From NCBI GenBank assembly GCA_002774425.1, contig PEYJ01000009.1:3134-67133 (forward strand): a DNA stretch of 64,000 bases, given 5' to 3'. The DNA is from Parcubacteria group bacterium CG08_land_8_20_14_0_20_48_21 (lineage in GTDB: Bacteria; Patescibacteriota; Patescibacteriia; UBA1544). Numbering within the stretch: the first letter of the stretch is position 1; the number at the start of each line of letters is the position of its first letter. The notes beneath the pieces were generated by a model. It saw only the letters and a program-made list of their open reading frames with translations, made no database searches and was not told where the DNA came from. Shown here one piece after another: positions 20,139 to 29,475 of this stretch. Made by a program: the position numbers and the translations under genes.

Positions 20139-21548
20139 TCATACCTCGCTATACAGCCGTTGCCGTATGAGGTCCACGTTCTGCCGTAATCCGGAATCGG
20201 ACTCAATCGCCGTATGAATCTTTGTATATGCGTGCATGGCAGTGGTGTGGTCACGATTACCTAACTCCTGTCCTATATTCGGATAGGATGAAGAAAGCTC
20301 TTCTCTCATGAGGTACATAGCGATTTGTCGGGGAAGCACCAATTCCTTTTTTCTACTTTTCCCAACCAGATCGTCAACCGTAATATGGAAAAAATCTGCA
20401 ATATGGTCCACAAGCTCCTGTGAAGAGAGCGAAGCGCGTCGTCGCGCGTACGTTGAAGAGTTAAGAACCTCTTTAATTGTTTGTGAGGTTGGCGGAATTT
20501 GATGAAATTGATGGTGCGCAACAATACGATTAAGCGCACCTTCCAATTCTCGGACATTGTTGTGCACATTTTCTGCAATCAACGCAAGCATCTCAGGCGC
20601 GAGATCGTAGAGCCGTTCTTTGCACTTGGCTTCCAAAATAGCAACGCGCGTTTCAAAGTCGGGTTGGGATATGTCAGCAATCATTCCCCATTCAAAACGT
20701 GACTGCAGACGCTTTTCGAGCGATGGTATGGCATTTGGCGGTCGATCAGAGCTTAATACTACTTGACAGTTGTTTTGATGAAGTGTATTAAAGGTATGAA
20801 AAAGTGCTTCTTGAGTTCCTTCTTTTCCCGCAATAAACTGGATGTCATCTATAAGGAGCAGATCAACCATACGATACGTATCGTTGAATTGTTTTGCCTG
20901 CCCGTTTTTTACTGCTTGAATATAATCGTTGGTGAATTTTTCCGCACTCGCGTAGAGAATTTTGATGGATGGTTTTTGCGCGAGGATGTGATGACCGACC
21001 GCCTGTAACAAATGCGTTTTTCCAAGGCCGACACCGCCATAAATAAAAAGTGGATTGTAGACTGTACCCGGTCGCTCAGCAACCGCTTTTGCCGCCGCGT
21101 GCGCGAGTTCATTACCCTTTCCAACGATAAAACTTTCAAATTGATAACGGTCGTTCAAACCATACTTATTGACCGAACGGGGAAGTGGATTGTTCGTCAA
21201 AAAATTGTGTGCAGCCGGTTCTTTTACTGACACCCCGCCCCCCGGAACCGTTTCCAACAACGCGCTGTTTGTTTTCGCCGCACGCGCCTCCGGCTGTTGT
21301 CCGGTATTTACTTTATACTCCACGCCAATGACGGCGTTATCCGTGCTGTTCTTCAGCGCATGCAGTATGGCTGTGTGGTATTTTTTCTCCAGCCACACCT
21401 TGGTAAAGGTATTGGGAACGCATATCACCACCATCCCCTCCGCAAGCGCGCTAATGAAGGTGTTTTTAAACCAGGTAGTAAAATTTGCTTTACTGATGAG
21501 GAGTTCAAGCTCTCCTAAAGCGGACTGCCAAAGTTCTTCGTTGGTCAT
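20139..21548 (-). CDS. dnaA: chromosomal replication initiator DnaA
   Basis: AAA+ Walker A GGVGLGKTHL, Walker B LLIDDIQF, C-terminal DnaA-box binding HTH. Confidence 0.95.
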   Translation of the reverse strand: MTNEELWQSALGELELLISKANFTTWFKNTFISALAEGMVVICVPNTFTKVWLEKKYHTAILHALKNSTDNAVIGVEYKVNTGQQPEARAAKTNSALLETVPGGGVSVKEPAAHNFLTNNPLPRSVNKYGLNDRYQFESFIVGKGNELAHAAAKAVAERPGTVYNPLFIYGGVGLGKTHLLQAVGHHILAQKPSIKILYASAEKFTNDYIQAVKNGQAKQFNDTYRMVDLLLIDDIQFIAGKEGTQEALFHTFNTLHQNNCQVVLSSDRPPNAIPSLEKRLQSRFEWGMIADISQPDFETRVAILEAKCKERLYDLAPEMLALIAENVHNNVRELEGALNRIVAHHQFHQIPPTSQTIKEVLNSSTYARRRASLSSQELVDHIADFFHITVDDLVGKSRKKELVLPRQIAMYLMREELSSSYPNIGQELGNRDHTTAMHAYTKIHTAIESDSGLRQNVDLIRQRLYSEV

Positions 21549-21819
21549 AGGGATTGATGCGAGTAAAAAGTTACTAAAAAAAGATCAGGTGGCAGAAATG
21601 CATCAATATTTACAGGAAAAGTGCTGGGAGTATAGCACACTTTTGCACAAGCGCAAATGAGTGGCACGGTAAAAAGTTTATAAGGTGTGCATAAGGTGTG
21701 GAAAAAACTTGATGCGTACAACTAATACAACCAAGTGGAAAAATAATGACCTGACCTCATTGTTGACATAAAAGGTTTTTTTCTGTACGCTACATCTTGT
21801 ATATTAGCTCACTCAATTT
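21549..21819. promoter_or_regulatory. dnaA/rpmH divergent promoter region with DnaA boxes
   Basis: TGTGGAAAA at 21697-21705 (8/9 of TGTGGATAA) and AGTGGAAAA near 21733. Candidate rpmH promoter TTGACA (21763-21768)-17-TACGCT. Confidence 0.45.
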
Positions 21820-21960
21820 ATGCCAAAAAGAACACTCCAATCAAAAAGCGTTAAGAGAAACAAACGCAAGCATGGTTTTAGAAAGCGCATGTCCACTACC
21901 AGCGGTAGAAATACCATCAAGCGACGCAAGGCAAAGGGAAGAAAAAAGATCTCCTTATAA
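21820..21960 (+). CDS. rpmH: 50S ribosomal protein L34
   Basis: [46 protein letters not shown]; 46 aa, below the ORF-track size cutoff; classic rpmH-rnpA arrangement divergent from dnaA. Confidence 0.92.
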   Translation: MPKRTLQSKSVKRNKRKHGFRKRMSTTSGRNTIKRRKAKGRKKISL

Positions 21961-21972
21961 CGAGTTCTACGT

Positions 21973-22317
21973 ATGCTGGCACAACTGAATCGCATACGGA
22001 AAACTCGAGAGTATGAAAAGGTTTTTGCAAAAACAGGCAAACCTTTTTTTGCACCGGAGTTCTTCATTAAAGTTTGTCCCAACAACCTTATACAGAGCAG
22101 ATTCGGCTTTGTTGTCGGTGAAAAAGTTTCAAAAGACGCGGTAGTCCGCAACCGCGTCAAACGCCGTCTGCGCGCCATCGTGCGCAAGCATCTTGCGGAT
22201 ATTCGCAAGGGGTTTGATGTGGTGGTCGTGACGCGCAAGCCGAGCTCAATCACGACATCAAAAGACCTTGAGCGGATACTGGGCGACTTATTAGCGAAAG
22301 CAAATCTTCTTATATGA
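21973..22317 (+). CDS. rnpA: ribonuclease P protein component
   Basis: Basic ~114 aa protein with RNR-like motif region directly after rpmH. Confidence 0.85.
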   Translation: MLAQLNRIRKTREYEKVFAKTGKPFFAPEFFIKVCPNNLIQSRFGFVVGEKVSKDAVVRNRVKRRLRAIVRKHLADIRKGFDVVVVTRKPSSITTSKDLERILGDLLAKANLLI

Positions 22318-22601
22318 AGCACGCTTCGTTCATAAAAAAAGCATACGCATTTTCCTCAAAAGCATGTGGCTGTGTATTGGCGGTGTGCATTACCGTGTAC
22401 CAAAAAACCATCTCGCCGGATCACAGCATGTTCTTGCGTCCTTTCTACCCCCATGGTTGCTGCAAATTTTACCCCTCGTGCTCGGAGTATACCCGCCAGG
22501 CGGTGGTTAAACATGGCGTTTTCAAAGGCACGCGTCTTTTTTTTGGTCGCTTACGCAAATGCCACCCATGGGCCGAAGGCGGCATTGATCTAATTCCGTA
22601 A
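22314..22601 (+). CDS. yidD: membrane protein insertion efficiency factor YidD
   Basis: Conserved YidD core ...YQKTISP...CKFYPSCSEY...GRLRKCHPW..G; overlaps rnpA stop by 4 nt. Confidence 0.8.
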   Translation: MKHASFIKKAYAFSSKACGCVLAVCITVYQKTISPDHSMFLRPFYPHGCCKFYPSCSEYTRQAVVKHGVFKGTRLFFGRLRKCHPWAEGGIDLIP

Positions 22602-22626
22602 AATTTCTTGGTTTCTCTCGCAGAAT

Positions 22627-23367
22627 ATGATCCAATTTTTCCATACACTCCTCTATCAACCTATATTCAATGTTTTGGTGTTGTTGTATCAATATATTCC
22701 GGGACATGATCTGGCAATCGCAATTATTGTACTGACGTTCATTATCAAAATTGTCCTTTATCCCCTGTCCGCCAAAGCACTCAAGTCGCAAAAAGCGATG
22801 CAGGAGTTGCAGCCAAAACTGGAGGAGCTCAAAGTAAAATATAAAAATCAAAAAGAGGTACAGGCACAGAAAATGATGGAGTTCTATAAGGAAGAAAAGG
22901 TAAATCCGGCCGCGTCGTGCCTGCCATTGCTCATCCAATTTCCCATTCTGCTCGCTGTATTTCAGGTGTTCAACAATGGCTTGCGCAATCAAGACGGCTT
23001 GCTTGATGATTTATATGGTTTTGTGGCGAATCCGGGACATCTGGAAACCGTCTCGCGCATTTTTGGTGATATGGCAGTACCAAGCGTGGTGTTGGCGGTA
23101 TTGGCTGGTGCCGCACAGTTCTGGCAGGCAAAAATGATACAGGTAAAAAAACCGCCCAAAGAGGCGGGTGTCGGTGCAAGGGATGAGAGTATGGCCGCAG
23201 CTATGAACAAGCAAATACTCTATATGATGCCGGTGTTGACCGTTATTTTTGGTTTGCAGTTTCCTGGCGGCTTGTCTTTGTACTGGCTGACTACTACGCT
23301 TTTGACCATTGGCCAGCAAGTCATTACACTTAAAAAGAAGGAAAACACTGCCGAATCCACTGCTTGA
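22627..23367 (+). CDS. yidC: membrane protein insertase YidC (short form)
   Basis: Five-TM Oxa1/YidC core; operon position after yidD. Confidence 0.8.
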   Translation: MIQFFHTLLYQPIFNVLVLLYQYIPGHDLAIAIIVLTFIIKIVLYPLSAKALKSQKAMQELQPKLEELKVKYKNQKEVQAQKMMEFYKEEKVNPAASCLPLLIQFPILLAVFQVFNNGLRNQDGLLDDLYGFVANPGHLETVSRIFGDMAVPSVVLAVLAGAAQFWQAKMIQVKKPPKEAGVGARDESMAAAMNKQILYMMPVLTVIFGLQFPGGLSLYWLTTTLLTIGQQVITLKKKENTAESTA

Positions 23368-23428
23368 CCTCTCACATTCTTTCCTGCCTTCCTGCAAGCT
23401 ACAACCTACAAGTTATAAGCGATCTCTT

Positions 23429-23752
23429 ATGGATCTCACCAACAAACAACTCATACATCTACCCGTGGTAACTAAAAGTGGGCAGTCGCTTGGTAAAGTC
23501 ATGCGCTTTGCGGTGAATGCAGAAACACAAGAAGTGACACGGTATTTTGTAAAGAGCAGTGTACTCATTCCTGATTTGTTTGAAAATGAACTGGTGATTC
23601 ATCGCCGCCAAGTATTCTCTTTAACTGAAAAAGAAATGATAGTAGAAGATGCGGCGGTTCAAGAACAGGTGCCACAAAAAGTGCAATTTCCTTTTGTAGT
23701 GCGTAATTTGCGCACCAAAAATGCTGCATTTAGTATAGGTAAGGAAATGTAA
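23429..23752 (+). CDS. small PRC-barrel-like protein (hypothetical)
   Basis: ATG at 23429 (MDLTNKQLIHLPVVTKSGQSLGKV...) resembles the PRC-barrel/YlmC pattern; weak assignment. Confidence 0.4.
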   Translation: MDLTNKQLIHLPVVTKSGQSLGKVMRFAVNAETQEVTRYFVKSSVLIPDLFENELVIHRRQVFSLTEKEMIVEDAAVQEQVPQKVQFPFVVRNLRTKNAAFSIGKEM

Positions 23753-23772
23753 ACACCTAACAACCTGCAAAC

Positions 23773-23806
23773 AAAAATCCGCTATTTTTGGCGGATTTTA
23801 TTTCTC
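23773..23806. terminator. rho-independent terminator after the yidC operon
   Basis: AAAATCCGCTATTTTTGGCGGATTTTATTT. Confidence 0.6.
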
Positions 23807-23913
23807 TAATCATAAACTTACGCGCGGGAGTCATAAAAGTTTTTCTTCCAATAAAATCGCTCCAGTATGATATTTGCCACTTCCATGTTATGTAAATTTC
23901 AAAACTCATTTTT

Positions 23914-24717
23914 CTAAAACAATCTTCCCTTACCAACGATAACTTTGAGTTTTTGCGGCGCGACTTCTATGGTAACTGGTGTTTCCAACATCGGCTGGCC
24001 ATCCACTATCACCGGAATAGACTTATCCGGTTCCGTGCTTTCTATGCGAACTTTTTTTATAGGAAATATACTGTCGATGCGGTCTATTTTTGGGGATCGC
24101 TCTTTGCCGAAAGTTTTAAGAATATTATTGGTTAGTGAAAAGCCCAACGGTTCAATAGTTGCTTCCAAAATGCCATCCTGGGGATTAAAAAAATGCCGGT
24201 ATGCGGGAGGCGTATCATCCGGCATTTCCCGAAAATTATACACACTGGTTTGACTCTTTTTTTTCACCGGTTGTACGGTGAAATTACCGTCGCACGTTAT
24301 TTTTATAGCATCCGATAACACCGATGCAGAGGTGAGGAAGTACGTGTTGTTGATCTTCCCTAAGTCAATATACTCAATCTTACGCGCGGAAAGTACGTCG
24401 CACGCCGCTTCGTTTTTTGGTATGCCGAGTATGTTCGCAAGGGACTGATTATCACCCAAAGGAATGATGCCGAGTGCGGCATCGGTTCCTACCAAGCTTG
24501 TTATAATGCTGTGGATTAAACTGTCTCCACCGACCGCTACGACCGTTTTTACACCTCGACGGATAGCATCGCGGACAATAATTTTAGGGTTCGTTAATAT
24601 GGTAGATCGTGCAATACGCCCGTTAATTCCCAAGTCGGTAAGTCGGTGCTCAATACGCACGATAGTTTTTTCGTGTTTTTTGTCGCCGACCAAAGCATCG
24701 TAGAGGTACAGGTACAT
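23914..24717 (-). CDS. lipid kinase, diacylglycerol kinase catalytic-domain family (YegS/BmrU-like)
   Basis: DAGK_cat motifs: VVAVGGDSLIHS, GIIPLGDNQS. Confidence 0.7.
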   Translation of the reverse strand: MYLYLYDALVGDKKHEKTIVRIEHRLTDLGINGRIARSTILTNPKIIVRDAIRRGVKTVVAVGGDSLIHSIITSLVGTDAALGIIPLGDNQSLANILGIPKNEAACDVLSARKIEYIDLGKINNTYFLTSASVLSDAIKITCDGNFTVQPVKKKSQTSVYNFREMPDDTPPAYRHFFNPQDGILEATIEPLGFSLTNNILKTFGKERSPKIDRIDSIFPIKKVRIESTEPDKSIPVIVDGQPMLETPVTIEVAPQKLKVIVGKGRLF

Positions 24718-24732
24718 ACAAAATATACAGTT

Positions 24733-25149
24733 TTAGTTGTCCTCTGTCGCTTCTTCTTTTTTGGCGTTCTTGTAAGAACTTGTCTGTACAGGCTGTTTTG
24801 ATGACCCTCCCATAGCGCATTTTCCGTTGAATACTGCTCCAGGGGTCATGGAAACGCTTTTTGCCGTTATATCACCATCAATCAGTGCGGTTTCCGTGAG
24901 ATCAAGGCGTTCAGAAACAGAGATGTTTCCATGTACCGTTCCGGCAATCATGGCACTTGCTGCGCTAATATTAGCATTAATTGTAGCCCTCGTACCAATT
25001 CGAACTTCCCCGTCGGTTTTCAGCGATCCTGAAACCTCTCCTTCAACCACAATATTTCCCTTACCCACAAAATCACCCTCAACTTTAACCGTAGAGCCGA
25101 TGATCGTTTCGGTGTCTGCTGAAGGTGGAATGTCTGAGTTTTTAAACAT
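24733..25149 (-). CDS. bactofilin (polymer-forming cytoskeletal protein)
   Basis: Repetitive beta-helix pattern (VKVEGDFVGKGNIVVEGEVSGSLKTDGEVRIG...) typical of bactofilin DUF583. Confidence 0.75.
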   Translation of the reverse strand: MFKNSDIPPSADTETIIGSTVKVEGDFVGKGNIVVEGEVSGSLKTDGEVRIGTRATINANISAASAMIAGTVHGNISVSERLDLTETALIDGDITAKSVSMTPGAVFNGKCAMGGSSKQPVQTSSYKNAKKEEATEDN

Positions 25150-25382
25150 AGTTCAAATACTATTAAATAAATGACGTTCAGGAGTGGACGTGTGAGTAAT
25201 TTTAGATCATTGAGAGCTTATTGTCAAAGTGGATTTTATCTTTTATACTACCAGAGCCATGTAGATATATATGCATTCTAAATAAGCCGCAAAGTTACTT
25301 AGAATACAATGACCTCATGTGGTAGTACCGGAAAGTTTGTAAGATAAAGATTGTACATTTTACGACACATAAATAATTAAAT

Positions 25383-25398
25383 TGTTCCACGTGGAACA
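25383..25398. promoter_or_regulatory. parS site 1 (ParB-binding), perfect palindrome TGTTCCACGTGGAACA embedded in 32-bp perfect palindrome 25375-25406
   Basis: Matches the parS consensus TGTTNCACGTGAAACA (15/16; fully symmetric variant). Confidence 0.75.
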
Positions 25399-25453
25399 AT
25401 TTAATTATTTTCTCCGTGATACTATCTTCGCCTATCTTCTCGCCGGAACCCTT

Positions 25454-25525
25454 GCCCCTGTAGTTCAACGGATAGAACGAGGGACTCCTAAGCCCTAAAT
25501 AGAGGTTCAATTCCTCTCGGGGGCA
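25454..25525 (+). tRNA. tRNA-Arg(CCT), no encoded CCA
   Basis: GCCCCTGTAGTTCAACGGATAGAACGAGGGACTCCTAAGCCCTAAATAGAGGTTCAATTCCTCTCGGGGGCA; anticodon CCT at 25487-25489; A31-G39 mismatch in the anticodon stem. Confidence 0.7.
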
Positions 25526-25579
25526 CGGGTATCGGCAAGGTGTCGTACGTTACTTGTAAAATATAATATAGTACAACAT

Positions 25580-25656
25580 GGGCCTGTAGCTCAGCTGGCT
25601 AGAGCGCTGCATTCGCATTGCAGAGGTCAGGAGTTCGAATCTCCTCAGGTCCACCA
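25580..25656 (+). tRNA. tRNA-Ala(CGC), CCA encoded, G3-U70
   Basis: GGGCCTGTAGCTCAGCTGGCTAGAGCGCTGCATTCGCATTGCAGAGGTCAGGAGTTCGAATCTCCTCAGGTCCACCA. Confidence 0.9.
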
Positions 25657-25702
25657 ACTTCAATAGATTCAGTATAATTACTGTATAATCATGAATATAT
25701 CT

Positions 25703-25778
25703 GGGCCGTTGGCGCAGCTGGTAGCGCGCTTCCATGGCATGGAAGAGGTCACCGGTTCGATCCCGGTACGGTCCACCA
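25703..25778 (+). tRNA. tRNA-Ala(GGC), CCA encoded, G3-U70
   Basis: GGGCCGTTGGCGCAGCTGGTAGCGCGCTTCCATGGCATGGAAGAGGTCACCGGTTCGATCCCGGTACGGTCCACCA. Confidence 0.9.
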
Positions 25779-26327
25779 AAATACCATAAAATAATATTTA
25801 TATGCATTTCGAGGATAAATTCAAAATTAAGCTAAATCAGAACCTATGGGTTTTAGTGGCTGGTTTCTTGAGTTTAGGATTTTCGGAATATTATGACTTG
25901 GAGAAATTAAGATTCTTATCTTTGGTGTTCAGCATATTTGCTCTGATTTCTGTCGTCGTAACTCTACTCTTTTATACAATTTGATATTGCAAGAATAAGC
26001 TTGAAAAATAGTGGCTTGGTGCATCAGAAGTTCCGTTCAAAAAAGGTTCGCGCAAATGCTAAAATAATACCACCAAATCATATGGTTAACGGACAAAAAA
26101 AGCTATTATTGCTCTCATTATACTTTTTGTGATATATTTTTTGTACGTTTTTGTTACTAAAATGTACTACTGCGGAAACGCGCCTTTCTATATCCCTAAC
26201 ACATATGATTGTGTATAAACTTGTCTATTCCGCCCAGGTTACTGGGCGGAGATTCATCTTTATTTTGTTTCAACTAACACGAATGTGATCAACTAAATTA
26301 GTGTTGGTAAATCATACACATAAAAAA

Positions 26328-26343
26328 TGTTCCATGTGGAACA
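26328..26343. promoter_or_regulatory. parS site 2, TGTTCCATGTGGAACA (one central mismatch) within AT-rich palindromic arms
   Basis: 15/16 identity to site 1; A-tract/T-tract flanks AAAAAA...TTTTTTT. Confidence 0.6.
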
Positions 26344-26504
26344 TTTTTTTATCAATGTGAATCATAAATGTGTAAAACATGTGTACAACTTATTTTAAAA
26401 ATTAATTATTAACTAATATTAGCCAGTATTATTTTATCTAGCTATAGGGATTTGTGGATAGGTATAATAGTGTACTTTATATTCTTGAATTGACTATATG
26501 CAAT

Positions 26505-26520
26505 TGTTCCACGTGGAACA
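26505..26520. promoter_or_regulatory. parS site 3, perfect TGTTCCACGTGGAACA within 24-bp perfect palindrome 26501-26524
   Basis: CAATTGTTCCACGTGGAACAATTG. Confidence 0.75.
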
Positions 26521-26636
26521 ATTGAGATAGAGCAATAGTTCTTTTTGCGCATAGCGATAAAAATAAAATTAAAGTGTAAGGAAGATGAAATAAATTTAGA
26601 TTTTGTCACATATTATAATATATGCCATTTTCAAAT

Positions 26637-26652
26637 TTTTCCACGTGGAAAA
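26637..26652. promoter_or_regulatory. parS-like site 4, TTTTCCACGTGGAAAA within 24-bp perfect palindrome 26633-26656
   Basis: Symmetric two-position variant of parS (G2T/C15A); core TTCCACGTGGAA conserved. Confidence 0.5.
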
Positions 26653-26707
26653 ATTTTAGTTCTAGTGTGTCGTAAAATTAACTATAGCGGTGTATAACTC
26701 TTGTACA

Positions 26708-26736
26708 TTGACGTAACTTATGAGGTTGTTTATACT
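26708..26736 (+). promoter_or_regulatory. sigma70-type promoter for trxA: TTGACG-17-TATACT
   Basis: -35 at 26708-26713, 17-nt spacer, -10 at 26731-26736, 45 nt upstream of trxA ATG. Confidence 0.6.
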
Positions 26737-26780
26737 TGATGAGGCGCAAAAATGTTACTTTAACTCCCTAAATCATTCCT

Positions 26781-27104
26781 ATGTCAGAAATTACTCTTAC
26801 CGATCAAAATTTTGCTTCCGAAGTTTTACAGTCAAAAGAGCCAATATTAGTTGATTTTTGGGCTCCATGGTGCGGACCTTGTCGCATTCTTGGTCCCGTA
26901 ATTGAGGAAATAGCTCAAGAAACACAAAACAAGGGAATAAAAGTAGGCAAGCTGAATGTGGATGAAAATCCGAACATAGCAGGAAACTACAATGTCATGA
27001 GCATACCAACAACCATGGTGTTTAAGGGTGGAAAACCCGTGGAACAGTTTGTAGGTGTCCAGCCGAAACAGGTTTTGGTAAAAGCTCTTGAAAAGGCAAA
27101 ATAA
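26781..27104 (+). CDS. trxA: thioredoxin
   Basis: WCGPC active site, 107 aa. Confidence 0.92.
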   Translation: MSEITLTDQNFASEVLQSKEPILVDFWAPWCGPCRILGPVIEEIAQETQNKGIKVGKLNVDENPNIAGNYNVMSIPTTMVFKGGKPVEQFVGVQPKQVLVKALEKAK

Positions 27105-27253
27105 TTTCAAAAAATATCTCAAGACTTTCTGGAAAATCATTATTTGCCGCAATTCCTTTTCAGAAAGTTTCTCAAATTAACTCATTGCCCTGTGGTTTCT
27201 GCCGCAGGATTGTTGATTGAGGAAGTTTACGTTAGAATGCGGCTAGAGCGTGT

Positions 27254-27898
27254 ATGTATAAAATACTTGGATTTCATTACGAACAAGCGTGTTATAACAA
27301 TGGTTTTACCCGTGTTGCCGGAGTTGATGAGGCGGGGCGTGGGGCGTGGGCGGGTCCGTTAGTTGCCGCCGCGGTTATTTTTCCCCGAAAGTTTATAAAC
27401 GGAAAAGAAAAAATTGATCCATTAGCGGAAATTCGTGATTCAAAAAAACTTACGGCAAAAAAAAGAGAACGGCTTTACGATGTTATTACCACCTATGCGC
27501 TTTTTTACGCCATTGCTGAAGTCAGTCGCGAGTGTATTGATGCGCGAGGCATTCAATGGGCAAATCTACATGCTCTTACACAAGCCGCGTGTAATCTTGC
27601 GCAACAGCCGGATTATGTATTGAGCGATGGCTACCTTAAACCCAAGGGCTTTGTTGGCAAGGCGATTGTGCGGGGAGATGGGAAGATACTCTCTATTGCT
27701 GCCGCCTCCATTTTGGCTAAAGTAACGCGAGATCGCATCATGTCCGCATACGACACCGTATATCCTACCTATGGATTTGCGCGCCATAAAGGGTATGGTA
27801 CCAAGCAACATCATGAAGCGTTGCTCGTGCATGGGTCATGCGAGCTACATCGTACCAGTTTTGCACCAATACACGCGTTAAGTAAGCGGTTGCCGTAG
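27254..27898 (+). CDS. rnhB: ribonuclease HII
   Basis: [19 protein letters not shown] catalytic motif and length typical of RNase HII. Confidence 0.88.
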   Translation: MYKILGFHYEQACYNNGFTRVAGVDEAGRGAWAGPLVAAAVIFPRKFINGKEKIDPLAEIRDSKKLTAKKRERLYDVITTYALFYAIAEVSRECIDARGIQWANLHALTQAACNLAQQPDYVLSDGYLKPKGFVGKAIVRGDGKILSIAAASILAKVTRDRIMSAYDTVYPTYGFARHKGYGTKQHHEALLVHGSCELHRTSFAPIHALSKRLP

Positions 27899-27927
27899 GG
27901 AGAAAAACAACGTATACTGGTAGTAGT

Positions 27928-28479
27928 ATGCACGCACACAAAGGAAATAACTTACTGAATGCGAAAGAAATTTTAGCTGAAGTTGGCGTACGTAAAGATA
28001 TGCACGTTGCGGATCTCGGTTGCGGCGGATCCGGACACTTTGTAATTCCTGCGGCAAAAATGGTTGGTGAGCATGGTGTGGTGTATGCCGTGGATATCCT
28101 TCAAAAAGCCCTGGAAAGCGTTCAAGGAAAGGCGCGCGGTGAGCGTTTGGGACAGTTGCATACGATTTGGGCGGATATAGAATCGTTTGGCGCAACACCC
28201 ATTGCGGAAAAATCTCTTGACCAAGCTTACCTCATTAATGTACTTTTTCAATCAATAAACTACGCTGCAATTATTGGTGAAGCATATTTATTGTTGCAAA
28301 AAGGCGGATTGTTACTGGTGATAGACTGGGATAGCACCCCATCTCCTTTCGGACCGACGTCAGACCAACAGGTACGGCAACAAGACGTTGAAGACCGTGC
28401 CATGGCTACCGGTTTTGTGCTACGGAAAAGATTTAAACCCGGCAAATATCATTTTGGTCTTATTTTCATTAAGAAATAG
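27928..28479 (+). CDS. class I SAM-dependent methyltransferase
   Basis: Motif I VADLGCGGSGHF, motif post-I VYAVDI; substrate unknown. Confidence 0.65.
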   Translation: MHAHKGNNLLNAKEILAEVGVRKDMHVADLGCGGSGHFVIPAAKMVGEHGVVYAVDILQKALESVQGKARGERLGQLHTIWADIESFGATPIAEKSLDQAYLINVLFQSINYAAIIGEAYLLLQKGGLLLVIDWDSTPSPFGPTSDQQVRQQDVEDRAMATGFVLRKRFKPGKYHFGLIFIKK

Positions 28480-28482
28480 CAT

Positions 28483-28893
28483 ATGCGCATCATGGAAAAT
28501 ATTTTTTCTCCCTCATATTGGTTTACCCTTCGTCAGATTCCTTTAAGTCCCGAAGGGTTACACATACTGACAGGTTTTTTCGCTGGTTTGGTTGTTGCCG
28601 GTTTTGTACTGCGACTTATGCCGCAATTACTGAAGGGGAAGGATGTTCTTTTTTACCGGATAACGGCGAAATTTTCATCCTGTTTTGTGACCATCGGCAT
28701 CATAGGACTATTATTTACTTTCTTTGCCAGAGAGGCAACAAGGGTATTGGGAGCGCGTTTCTGGTTTGTATTCCTCGGCATATTGTTGGTTGCTTGGATC
28801 GGGTATATTTTCAACTTTGCCGCGCGCGTGGTGCCAAAGCGAAGAAAAAAAATAAGCGAATATGAGCAAAAAAAACGCTATCTTCCCTCGTAA
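28483..28893 (+). CDS. hypothetical membrane protein (3-4 TM)
   Basis: Hydrophobic helices and a basic C-terminal tail; no homology recognised. Confidence 0.4.
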   Translation: MRIMENIFSPSYWFTLRQIPLSPEGLHILTGFFAGLVVAGFVLRLMPQLLKGKDVLFYRITAKFSSCFVTIGIIGLLFTFFAREATRVLGARFWFVFLGILLVAWIGYIFNFAARVVPKRRKKISEYEQKKRYLPS

Positions 28894-28895
28894 AC

Positions 28896-29327
28896 ATGGG
28901 AATATTGCAGTACATTTTCAATCAGAGAACTCCGGAGGAAAAAAATACTCATGGTGCCGTTACCAACACGACGCCGCATTTGCTTTTAGGGAGAACGGGG
29001 GAGGAGATTGCCGCTGTTTATTTGACAAATAAAGGCTATCGTATTATAGAAATGAACTGGAAAACGGGAGTGGGTGAAATTGATATCATTGCACAAAAAG
29101 ATGCTATGAGAGTTTGTGTAGAAGTTAAAACTAGGAAAACAAAGGATTTCGGATATCCGGAAGAATCAGTAACCGCTAAGAAGAGAGAAAAATTACGTAA
29201 ACTTGCTGAAATTTATCAAAGGTTGCACCGTTTGAAAAAATTTCCAAGAATTGACGTTGTCAGCATTATATATAGCACATATGGTGAGCATCAGGTTACC
29301 CACTTTAAAGATATTGGCTGGCAATAA
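28896..29327 (+). CDS. yraN: YraN-family endonuclease (UPF0102)
   Basis: GEEIAAVYLTNKGYRIIEMNWKTGVGEIDIIA...VEVKTR motifs; conserved linkage with rnhB. Confidence 0.75.
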   Translation: MGILQYIFNQRTPEEKNTHGAVTNTTPHLLLGRTGEEIAAVYLTNKGYRIIEMNWKTGVGEIDIIAQKDAMRVCVEVKTRKTKDFGYPEESVTAKKREKLRKLAEIYQRLHRLKKFPRIDVVSIIYSTYGEHQVTHFKDIGWQ

Positions 29328-29475
29328 CCGCGTGAGCCGCATGTGTACACTTCCGCACGTATCATAACTATTGAGTCAAAGAAAATTATCCATAAGAAAA
29401 CTGTATTTCCTGGAGTATTGCGGCCAGATTGCCTCGCTTGACAATCGGCGAGCGTTGCGGTAGGTTTTACCCACT

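Noticed and set aside
21797-21988. 63-aa [19 protein letters not shown]...
   Set aside because: Wrong frame. The same DNA encodes a textbook L34 (rpmH) in another frame at 21820..21960.
25550-25807. 85-aa ORF on the minus strand
   Set aside because: Lies across both tRNA-Ala genes, so it is a tRNA-derived artefact.
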